Part shown: one piece after another, positions 43,805 to 52,216 of the stretch
How the letters are laid out: every line of letters begins with the position of its first letter
How positions within the stretch are numbered: position 1 is the stretch's first letter
Assembly (NCBI GenBank): GCA_028709785.1
Contig: JAQUTK010000009.1
Location: 32,200 to 96,199, forward strand
Source of the DNA: Bacteroidales bacterium
Lineage (GTDB): Bacteria > Bacteroidota > Bacteroidia > Bacteroidales > JAQUTK01
DNA length: 64,000 bases
Reading direction: 5' to 3'
Program-made: the position numbers and the translations under genes
Notes under the pieces: generated by a model
Database searches by the model: none
Told to the model about the DNA's origin: nothing
The model's input: only the letters and a program-made list of their open reading frames with translations

Positions 43805-46759
43805 GTGAAAAATCTGTTTTCCTTGTTCATCTTACTCTTATTGCCTTTGTACTTGCATGGACAGGCGACAGAGAAGTATATGTTCAGACATCTGGATGTG
43901 AAGGAGGGGCTATCCAACAGCCAGGTGAATGGAATCTTCAAGGATAGCCGAGGCTATATGTGGTTTGCTACCGCTTATGGGCTTAATCGTTATGATGGGT
44001 ATTCTTTCCGTGTATTTGAAAATGTGCCCGGAGATTCAACCTCCCTTCCTGATAATTATGTGCAGAGTATTCAGGAATATGTGGATTTTGACCTGCTGAT
44101 TCGTACCTCTTCCGGCTTTTCTCTTTTTGATGCAAAGAAAGAGTGCTTCAGAGATATGACATCTTATCTGCGTAATCAGGGAATCAATCCGGCCATCTCT
44201 TGTGCTTATGTGGACTCATTGAAGAATTTGTGGTGTTATGCCCGGGGTAATGGATGTACTCAATGGCAAAACCGTTCGGGCAAACGTATTAGCTACCCTG
44301 ATGCGCTTATTGCAGATTCCTCATCGGATGCCGGGGTAGTTGGTATGTGTGAATCTCCTCAGGGGTTGCTTCTGGTATATTCCAGTGGACGTATTGTCTG
44401 TTTGAATCGCTCTGAACCGAAGGTTGTTTTTTCTACCTCTCTTCCTCTGGCGACGCCTGCCTCTTTTTCTAAATTATCTCTTTATGTGGATCGGGAAGGA
44501 GTCTGTTGGATCTTTACCAAAGAATCTACCGGATTATGGTCCTATCAGCCTGCTACCGGCGTTTGGAGTTATTTCGGCAAAAAGGCTTCATCTACCTACC
44601 AACTTCTTAGTGATATCGTGTTTGATGTGGTTCAGGATGCGAACGGACTTATTTGGGTGGCAACGGATCATGGCGGAGTTTCGATCATTGATAAAAATAA
44701 AGGAACGGTGAGAACGTTGATGCATGACCCGAAAGATGAGTATTCTCTGCCACAAAACAGCTTGTCCACTCTTTATTGCGATGATCAACAGATAGTATGG
44801 GTGGGAAGTCAAAAATTTGGAGTCGCCTATTATGCAGAGAGCCTGTTTAAGTTTGGAACAGGCGATGTCGGAATTGCTTCTGCTTTTGATCTGGATGAGG
44901 ATGTGAATACGCTTGTCGAAGATATACATGGCCTTTTATGGTTTGGAACGAACGGCAATGGACTTTTTTCTGTAAACCGTGCTACCGGACAAACGATCCA
45001 CTACAAGAATAGGCCGGGTGATGATGCTTCGCTGTCGGATAATGTGGTTGTCTCCCTTTGTGCATCTCGGGATGGAAGAGTCTGGATAGGAACCTATCAG
45101 GGAGGGATGGATTGTTTTCATAAGGGTCGCATTACCCATTATCGTCATGATTCATCCAACCTGAATAGTCCCGCCAACAATAGTATATGGGCCATTAAAG
45201 AAGACGAGTCGGGCATCCTCTGGATTGGAACCCTGGGAAAAGGCTTGCAACGATTTGATCCCTTAAATAATACCTTTGTAACCTTTAATAATGAATCGTC
45301 AAGTTTGTTGTCTTCACAGTATATTTCATCCATTTGCATTGGACGTGATCGTAATCTCTATCTGGGAACTGCTTTGGGAATTACGGTATTCGATCCAAAG
45401 ACGAATATGACAGATTTTATCTATGGAAACAAACAGGGAAATCAACGTTTCTCGAGTCAGAATATCAATCAGGTCTATGAGGATAGTCGGGGATTGTTGT
45501 GGGTTGCCACCCGTGACGGTCTGAATGTGCTGGACAGGAAGAGTGATGTACTGACCGTTCTGAAGGAAAGTAACGGTTTACCAGATGCTTTCATTTGCGG
45601 CATTCTTGAGGATGAATTCAAAAATATGTGGATCACCACGCAAAAAGGGATCTGTAATGTAACCGTCAATGTGCAGCCTCAGGAGGGAACTTATTCCTTC
45701 TCAATGATCAGATATGACAGACTGGATGGACTCCGGAGCAGTGAATTTAATATCCGTTCCATTGCCGCGACCTCTACCGGAGAGATTCTGATGGGTGGTC
45801 TCCAGGGGGTGGATCGCTTCAATCCCAAGAATCTTCGTTACAATAAATCGTTGCCTCGCATTGTCTTTACCGGATTAAAACTATTTGACCAACAGATTCG
45901 GATCGATTCTCTCTATGATGGTAACCGCATTCTTGAGGCACCCTTGGATATGACACGACGGATTGTGCTGAAGAGTCATCAGAACATGATTACGGTCTCT
46001 TTTTCCATCATGAATTATATTCTACCGGAGAAAGTAAACTTCACTTATCTGTTGGAAGGAGTTGATAAAGAGTGGAAGAAAGCCAAAGGAAATATGATTA
46101 CCCGGGCTAATCTGGCACCGGGAACCTATACACTGCGAGTGAAAGCGACAAATAGTGATGGGTATCAGAACAAGGAAGAGGCCACGCTCGTCATCGTTGT
46201 TCAGTCGTCTGTCTGGCGTTCAGCTCAAACGCTTGTCATTGTTCTCATTCTGCTCTTGCTTCTGGTTCTCTCTTACCGCTACAGACGTTTGTTGTGCAAT
46301 CTCAAACAGAAACCGTTTGGACTCCAGTTTGATCCGTTTTCAGCAATGCCACAAGCTACCCGAATGGACTCTGAGAACAGTCAGAATGGCCTCTCTTCTC
46401 CGGATAAATTGTTGTTGGAGCGAGCTAAAAAGTATGTGGAGGATCATATCTCTGACAGCGAACTATCGGTGGAAGAGATGAGCCGTGAAATGGGAATGAG
46501 CCGCGGACATCTGTATAAGAAGCTGATGGCGGTGACCGGCAAGTCTCCAATTGAGTTTATCCGGGTCATCCGCTTGAATAATGCCGCCCGCCTTTTACAG
46601 GAAAGTCAGCTCAATATTTCTGAAATAGCGTATAAGGTAGGATTTAATAACCCAAAGTATTTCAGCCGATATTTCAAGGAGCAATTTGGCGTATTGCCTT
46701 CAGAATACCACCAAAAAGCGGGTCATACAACAAATGATACCCCTTCCGGAAACATTTGA
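43805..46759 (+). CDS. Transmembrane one-component regulator: HTCS-type periplasmic propeller (Reg_prop) and YYY domains, TM, AraC-type HTH; no kinase or receiver modules
   Basis: The putative GTG start gives (M)KNLFSLFILLLLPLYLHGQA. Repeated ...GLSNSQVNGIFKDSRGYMWFAT.GLNRYDG.. propeller blades follow. The YYY/Ig part reads ...FTYLLEGVDKEWK...GTYTLRVKA.... The TM segment is AQTLVIVLILLLLLVLSY. A linker of about 60 aa leads to the AraC HTH (...MSRGHLYKKLMAVTGKSPIEFIRVIRLNNAARLL...GFNNPKYFSRYFKEQFG). The start is uncertain (43745 TTG in the track). Confidence 0.75.
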   Translation: MKNLFSLFILLLLPLYLHGQATEKYMFRHLDVKEGLSNSQVNGIFKDSRGYMWFATAYGLNRYDGYSFRVFENVPGDSTSLPDNYVQSIQEYVDFDLLIRTSSGFSLFDAKKECFRDMTSYLRNQGINPAISCAYVDSLKNLWCYARGNGCTQWQNRSGKRISYPDALIADSSSDAGVVGMCESPQGLLLVYSSGRIVCLNRSEPKVVFSTSLPLATPASFSKLSLYVDREGVCWIFTKESTGLWSYQPATGVWSYFGKKASSTYQLLSDIVFDVVQDANGLIWVATDHGGVSIIDKNKGTVRTLMHDPKDEYSLPQNSLSTLYCDDQQIVWVGSQKFGVAYYAESLFKFGTGDVGIASAFDLDEDVNTLVEDIHGLLWFGTNGNGLFSVNRATGQTIHYKNRPGDDASLSDNVVVSLCASRDGRVWIGTYQGGMDCFHKGRITHYRHDSSNLNSPANNSIWAIKEDESGILWIGTLGKGLQRFDPLNNTFVTFNNESSSLLSSQYISSICIGRDRNLYLGTALGITVFDPKTNMTDFIYGNKQGNQRFSSQNINQVYEDSRGLLWVATRDGLNVLDRKSDVLTVLKESNGLPDAFICGILEDEFKNMWITTQKGICNVTVNVQPQEGTYSFSMIRYDRLDGLRSSEFNIRSIAATSTGEILMGGLQGVDRFNPKNLRYNKSLPRIVFTGLKLFDQQIRIDSLYDGNRILEAPLDMTRRIVLKSHQNMITVSFSIMNYILPEKVNFTYLLEGVDKEWKKAKGNMITRANLAPGTYTLRVKATNSDGYQNKEEATLVIVVQSSVWRSAQTLVIVLILLLLLVLSYRYRRLLCNLKQKPFGLQFDPFSAMPQATRMDSENSQNGLSSPDKLLLERAKKYVEDHISDSELSVEEMSREMGMSRGHLYKKLMAVTGKSPIEFIRVIRLNNAARLLQESQLNISEIAYKVGFNNPKYFSRYFKEQFGVLPSEYHQKAGHTTNDTPSGNI

Positions 46760-46828
46760 TGCCCCTGTGTATTTCCATTGATATACTGATTGAAAACATT
46801 TAAACACTTCGCAGATACGGAAAGTATC

Positions 46829-46836
46829 TACTTTTG
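46829..46836 (+). promoter_or_regulatory. Candidate -7 promoter box (TACTTTTG) for the GH74-GH31-GH2-GH3 operon
   Basis: Exact TAnnTTTG match, 49 nt upstream of the ATG at 46885. Confidence 0.4.
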
Positions 46837-46884
46837 CAGGGTGAACTTATCAGAGTAAACCGATAATTAGTAAAAAGTAGTATC

Positions 46885-49350
46885 ATGAACAAGATGAATG
46901 TGTTATTTCTGACCTTATTCAGTACATTGATTTTCCCTTCGCATGCTGTGGAGCGCGATGAAAACTATCAGTGGAACAATGTGAAGATGGGTGGTGGTGG
47001 ATTTGTGAGTGGAATTATAACGTCTCAGGAAGAGAAGGATCTGATTTACGCACGTACGGATGTGGGTGGTGCTTACCGCTGGATCGAAAGTACGCAATCA
47101 TGGAAACCTCTGCTGGATTGGGCGCCCAAGTCAAAATGGACCTATCTGGGTGTGGAGAGTATGGCTATCGATCCACAGGCAACTAATAGATTGTATGTGC
47201 TTGTCGGACTGTATAACAACTCTCCAAGTTCTGTGCTCCGTTCTGATGACTACGGTGAGACATTTAAAGAGACGGTGCTTCCTTTTCAGGTGAATGGAAA
47301 TGGCATGGGGAGACAGAACGGCGAACGGCTTGTTGTGGATCCCAATCAGGGGCAAATTCTCTTTTGCGGGAGCCGTTCGGCAGGATTATGGAAAAGTGAG
47401 AATGGCGCGGTTTCCTGGACGAATATATCTTCCTTTCCAGTGACAACAACTCCTTCGGGAAACGGGATCTGTTTTGTTCTTTTTGATAAATCCTCAGGCA
47501 GTAAGGGTGTTGCTACTCAAACAATCTACGCAGGTTGCTCGCAAACAGGAGCTAATCTGTTTGTGTCGAAAGATGGTGGCGCAAACTGGAACGCATTACC
47601 TGATACTTCGTTGACAGCGAATATGATGCCGCAACGTGCAGTACTCTCACCGGATGGAAAGAATCTGTATGTCACATATGCAATTGGGGCAGGTCCAAGT
47701 GGCACTACTTCGCTCCCTTATAATCAGGGAGCAGTGATGAAATGTGATCTCTCTACAGGGAAATGGACCAATATATCCCCGTATAATCTGCTGAGCAGTG
47801 GTGGCGGTTATTGTGGCCTTACCATGGATGCTGCAAATCCCAGCCGTTTGATAGTAACAACAATCAATCATTGGAGCAATCAGCAGTATTGGGATAATGG
47901 CACTACAGCTTGGGGCGACCGTCTTTTCCTCACCACGAATGGAGGAAAGAGCTGGATTCCTCTGCTGGATGCTCAAAATAAACTAATTCTTAACCGCAAT
48001 GGAAACAGTTGGATTGGTGGACATAACCTCCATTGGGTAGGTTCGGCTGAGATTGATCCGTTTAATCCCCAGCGTGTATTCTTTACCTCGGGCAACGGCG
48101 TTTTCTGTACGGACAATCTGACTTCTACAGGTAAGGGTACATTAAAGTTTATGGTGGATGGACTTGAAGAGACTGTTCCTCTGGATATGTGTAGTGTACC
48201 TGGAGGCCCTTTTCTTTCTATTATAGGTGATTATGATGGATTTGTTCATCAGGATTTGACTCAGTCGCCATCACTCGGTCGCTATTCCCCGACGATGGGA
48301 ACTTCAACTTCTGTAACCTTTTGTCCGCAAAATAGCCAGATCTTGGCACGGGTTGGTTCATCCGGAGCGGCAGATGCCAAGAAACTGTATTACTCACTCA
48401 ATCAGGGGAAGAGTTGGAAAGCTTTTACCACACTGCCTGCTATCGGACTGACCGGTGGAAAGATCGCAATCGCATCTGACGGAAAGGGTGTTTTATTTAT
48501 CCCGGGTAATACGAATGCGTTGTATTATACTTCTGACTGGGGAAAGAGTTGGTCCAATCTCTGGACAATCACCACCAATATCGGTGGTGCGCATCCGTAT
48601 GCAGATCCGGTCGATTCTTCGCGCTTCTATATCTATTGCCGTACAAACGGATTTATGTATGTGGCTGCACCCGATTCAAATGGAGTAATGGTTACTACCC
48701 GTGCTATGAGCGTGGGCAGCAACGGTTCGCCGACCCTGGCAATAGCTCCCGGCAGAAAAGGGGATCTGTGGATTGCCCGCAACGCCAATGGATTGGTTCA
48801 TTATCAGGACAGTGCTTCCAAAAAGAGTGTGATTACCACGATGTCTGATTGTCAGGCGGTAGCTCTAGGCAAAGCGGCTCCCGGTAAGGATTATCCAACG
48901 GTCTATATCTGGGGAGTAGTGGATGGAGTCGAAGGATTATTTCGTTCGACAGACAAAGCGATGAGTTGGGTGAGGGTAAACGATGATCAACATCAGTATG
49001 GCGGACTGGGCAATGCGAATATGATTTGCGCAGACTGGAATGTGTATGGTCGGGTATTTATGAGTACCGCCGGCCGGGGAATTGCCTATGGTACTCTTCA
49101 GAACACTTCAGATGCTGTTCAAACCTTGACATCCGATGATCATCTAAATGACTGTGTAATCGGTGATCGCCTCGATCTCTCTTTTCAGAAGCAGGTGAAG
49201 TACCGGATCTTTTCCTTAAGTGGAAGAGTGATGGATCAGGGAGAAGAGGAGAATCTCTGTATGGGTACTAATTACCAGAATGGGATGTATCTGGTTCAGA
49301 TAAAGGAAAAAGAAAATATACAAACAATACGCTGGATAAAAAAGAAGTAA
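46885..49350 (+). CDS. GH74 xyloglucanase-like enzyme with T9SS-type C-terminal sorting domain
   Basis: YQWNNVKMGGGGFVSGIITSQEEKDLIYARTDVGGAYRWIESTQSWKPLLDW is the hallmark GH74 N-terminal block. BNR/Asp-box-like S.DGG..W repeats are present. The C-terminal ...YRIFSLSGRVMDQG...GMYLVQIKEKENIQTIRWIKKK resembles a T9SS CTD. Confidence 0.85.
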   Translation: MNKMNVLFLTLFSTLIFPSHAVERDENYQWNNVKMGGGGFVSGIITSQEEKDLIYARTDVGGAYRWIESTQSWKPLLDWAPKSKWTYLGVESMAIDPQATNRLYVLVGLYNNSPSSVLRSDDYGETFKETVLPFQVNGNGMGRQNGERLVVDPNQGQILFCGSRSAGLWKSENGAVSWTNISSFPVTTTPSGNGICFVLFDKSSGSKGVATQTIYAGCSQTGANLFVSKDGGANWNALPDTSLTANMMPQRAVLSPDGKNLYVTYAIGAGPSGTTSLPYNQGAVMKCDLSTGKWTNISPYNLLSSGGGYCGLTMDAANPSRLIVTTINHWSNQQYWDNGTTAWGDRLFLTTNGGKSWIPLLDAQNKLILNRNGNSWIGGHNLHWVGSAEIDPFNPQRVFFTSGNGVFCTDNLTSTGKGTLKFMVDGLEETVPLDMCSVPGGPFLSIIGDYDGFVHQDLTQSPSLGRYSPTMGTSTSVTFCPQNSQILARVGSSGAADAKKLYYSLNQGKSWKAFTTLPAIGLTGGKIAIASDGKGVLFIPGNTNALYYTSDWGKSWSNLWTITTNIGGAHPYADPVDSSRFYIYCRTNGFMYVAAPDSNGVMVTTRAMSVGSNGSPTLAIAPGRKGDLWIARNANGLVHYQDSASKKSVITTMSDCQAVALGKAAPGKDYPTVYIWGVVDGVEGLFRSTDKAMSWVRVNDDQHQYGGLGNANMICADWNVYGRVFMSTAGRGIAYGTLQNTSDAVQTLTSDDHLNDCVIGDRLDLSFQKQVKYRIFSLSGRVMDQGEEENLCMGTNYQNGMYLVQIKEKENIQTIRWIKKK

Positions 49351-49352
49351 AC

Positions 49353-52211
49353 ATGATTGGAAAACTGTTAGCAGGCATCTGTGCCTTGGTTCTGTTCTCT
49401 TGTGCCGAACAGACAGTCCGCACAACGGGCGACGGAGTTGTCGTCTCGTTAAACGACAAAAAGAACGAAGTCAGGAAGGTAAGACTTCAAGTGATCAATG
49501 ACCGGATTATCCGTGTCTCAGCGACTCCGGACAAGCAGATTCCGGAGACAAAGAGTTTGATAACTGTGCCACAGAAGTTAGGTCAAACGCCTTTTGCTGT
49601 GACTGAGACAGACTCTACAGTATCTATCACGACGGCTACTCTCAAAGCTGTGGTCTCTCTGAAGAGCGGGGCGGTTCACTTCTATAATCCGGAAGGCAAG
49701 GTCTTGTTAAGTGAAAAACCAGAAGGAGGGAAGAGTTTTACACCGATTGAAGTGGAAGGAACAAAGGGATATACGATGCGTCAGCTCTTTGACTCGCCCA
49801 ATGACGAGGCTTTTTATGGACTGGGACAACATCAGTCCGATGAATTCAATTACAAAGGAAAAAATGAAGTATTGTATCAGTACAATACAAAGGTGTCTGT
49901 GCCTTTTGTTATCTCGAACAAAAACTACGGATTGTTGTGGGACAACTACTCTCTGAGTCGTTTTGGCGATGACCGCGACTATGCACAACTCAAGGATGCA
50001 TTCAAACTTTACAATGCGCAGGGAGAAACCGGCGGACTGACTGCTACATACACACCTTCAAATCCGAACGGTCAAACCATCGTTCGAACAGAAGATTCTA
50101 TTTTTTATGAAGATGCGAAGAGTGTCAAGAATCTACCGGAACGTTTCCAGTTAGGCGGTTCACAGGTACTCTATGAAGGCGAGTTGGAACCTCTCGAAAG
50201 TGGTACATACCGTTTTCTTCTCTATTATGCAGGCTATGTCAAAGTCTATGTCAATCATGAACTAATTGTGCCGGAACGTTGGCGTACAGCCTGGAATCCC
50301 AATAGCTATAAGTTTTCGTTACCACTGGAAAAAGGGAAACGTATTTCTCTTCGTATTGAATGGAAGCCCGACGGAGGTGTGTCTTACTTAGGCTTTCGTG
50401 CGCTGACTCCGGTGCCTGACGCTGAACAAAACCAGCTGGCTATCTGGAGTGAGATGGGCAAGATGATGGATTACTACTTTATTGCAGGCAATTCGATGGA
50501 TCAGGTGATCAGTGGATATCGTACGATAACCGGTAAGTCGCAGATCATGCCCAAGTGGGCAATGGGATTCTGGCAGAGCCGTGAACGATATGAGAACTCA
50601 AATCAATTGCTGGGTGTGGTCAATGAATTCAGAAAACGGCAGATACCGATGGACAATATCGTACTGGACTGGAGATATTGGGTGGATGATCAATGGGGTA
50701 GTCATGATTTTGACTCTACCCGTTTCAGCGATCCGAAGGGGATGGTTGATTCAGTACATGCGATGAATGCGCACATCATGATCTCCGTGTGGCCTAAGTT
50801 TTATCTGAATACAGAACATTACAAAGAGTTTGACAGTCAGGGCTGGATGTATCAGCAAGCGATCAAAGACAGCATCCGCGACTGGGTAGGTCCCGGTTAT
50901 GTAAACTCTTTCTATGACGCGTATGCCGAAGGTGCACGCAAACTGTTTTGGAAACAGATGAAGGATCATCTCTATCCGCTGGGTATTGATGCCTGGTGGA
51001 TGGATGCCAGCGAACCTAATATTCGCGATTGTACAGATATGGATTATCGCAAACAACTTTGCGGACCAACAGCTCTCGGTCCGTCAACTGAATATCTGAA
51101 CGCGTATGCCCTTGTCAATGCACAGGCAATCTACGAAGGACAACGTCAGGAAGATCCCAATCGTCGTGTCTTCCTGCTCACCCGTTCCGGGTTTTCCGGA
51201 CTGCAACGCTACTCCACAGCGACCTGGAGTGGTGATATAGCGACACGTTGGGAAGACATGAAAGCGCAGATCTCGGCCGGACTGAACTTCTCCATCAGTG
51301 GTATTCCCTACTGGACGATGGATATCGGTGGTTTCTGTGTGGAGAACCGTTATTCCGGTGCTCAGAGAGAGTTTGACCGTACGGGTAAGGAGAACGAAGA
51401 TCTCAAAGAGTGGCGTGAGTTGGAAACCCGTTGGTATCAGTTTGGAGCCTTTGCCCCCTTGTATCGCGCACACGGTCAGTTCCCCTACCGCGAGGTGTAC
51501 AATGTGGCACCAGAGACACATCCGGCTTACCAGTCGATCACTTATTTCACCAAATTGCGTTATCGTCTGATGCCATACATCTATTCACTGGCAGGCAAGA
51601 CTTACTTCAACGACTATACCATTATGCGTCCATTGGTAATGGATTTTGGTAAAGACACGAAAGTCAACAATATCGGTGACCAATATATGTTTGGTTCCGC
51701 CCTGATGGTTTGTCCGGTTTATCAGTATGGTTTGCGCCAACGAACCGTATATTTTCCGGCAACCAATGGATGGTATGATTTCTATAGTGGAAAGCATATC
51801 GCCGGAGGCCAGAGTCTGTCGGTAGAAGCACCTTATGAGCGCATTCCGCTTTTTGTGCCGGAAGGAGCTATTCTTCCTGTCGGACCAGAGATCCAGTACG
51901 CTTCCGAGAAGCAGGCTGACCACATTACCCTCTATGTGTATGAAGGCCGTAATGGAAGTTTTACGCTCTACGAAGATGAGGATGTGAACTATAATTATGA
52001 GAAAGGTGCCTGCGCGATGATTCCTTTCACCTATGATGAAGCTTCGCATACACTGGAAATTGGAGCGCGTCAAGGCGAGTTTCCAGGCATGCTCAAAGAG
52101 CGTACTTTTACCATTGTATCTGTCAAACAAGGAAATGCAGTTCCCTTCTCTCCGGATGCCAAAGGAATGCAGGTTACCTACACTGGAAGCAACCAAACGA
52201 TTAAACTCTGA
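49353..52211 (+). CDS. GH31 alpha-xylosidase-like enzyme with PA14 insert (lipoprotein)
   Basis: The lipoprotein signal is MIGKLLAGICALVLFSC. A PA14-like insert is present (...GTYRFLLYYAGYVKVYVNHELI...). The GH31 catalytic blocks are GIDAWWMDASEPN and ATWSGDI. Confidence 0.9.
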   Translation: MIGKLLAGICALVLFSCAEQTVRTTGDGVVVSLNDKKNEVRKVRLQVINDRIIRVSATPDKQIPETKSLITVPQKLGQTPFAVTETDSTVSITTATLKAVVSLKSGAVHFYNPEGKVLLSEKPEGGKSFTPIEVEGTKGYTMRQLFDSPNDEAFYGLGQHQSDEFNYKGKNEVLYQYNTKVSVPFVISNKNYGLLWDNYSLSRFGDDRDYAQLKDAFKLYNAQGETGGLTATYTPSNPNGQTIVRTEDSIFYEDAKSVKNLPERFQLGGSQVLYEGELEPLESGTYRFLLYYAGYVKVYVNHELIVPERWRTAWNPNSYKFSLPLEKGKRISLRIEWKPDGGVSYLGFRALTPVPDAEQNQLAIWSEMGKMMDYYFIAGNSMDQVISGYRTITGKSQIMPKWAMGFWQSRERYENSNQLLGVVNEFRKRQIPMDNIVLDWRYWVDDQWGSHDFDSTRFSDPKGMVDSVHAMNAHIMISVWPKFYLNTEHYKEFDSQGWMYQQAIKDSIRDWVGPGYVNSFYDAYAEGARKLFWKQMKDHLYPLGIDAWWMDASEPNIRDCTDMDYRKQLCGPTALGPSTEYLNAYALVNAQAIYEGQRQEDPNRRVFLLTRSGFSGLQRYSTATWSGDIATRWEDMKAQISAGLNFSISGIPYWTMDIGGFCVENRYSGAQREFDRTGKENEDLKEWRELETRWYQFGAFAPLYRAHGQFPYREVYNVAPETHPAYQSITYFTKLRYRLMPYIYSLAGKTYFNDYTIMRPLVMDFGKDTKVNNIGDQYMFGSALMVCPVYQYGLRQRTVYFPATNGWYDFYSGKHIAGGQSLSVEAPYERIPLFVPEGAILPVGPEIQYASEKQADHITLYVYEGRNGSFTLYEDEDVNYNYEKGACAMIPFTYDEASHTLEIGARQGEFPGMLKERTFTIVSVKQGNAVPFSPDAKGMQVTYTGSNQTIKL

Positions 52212-52216
52212 GATAA

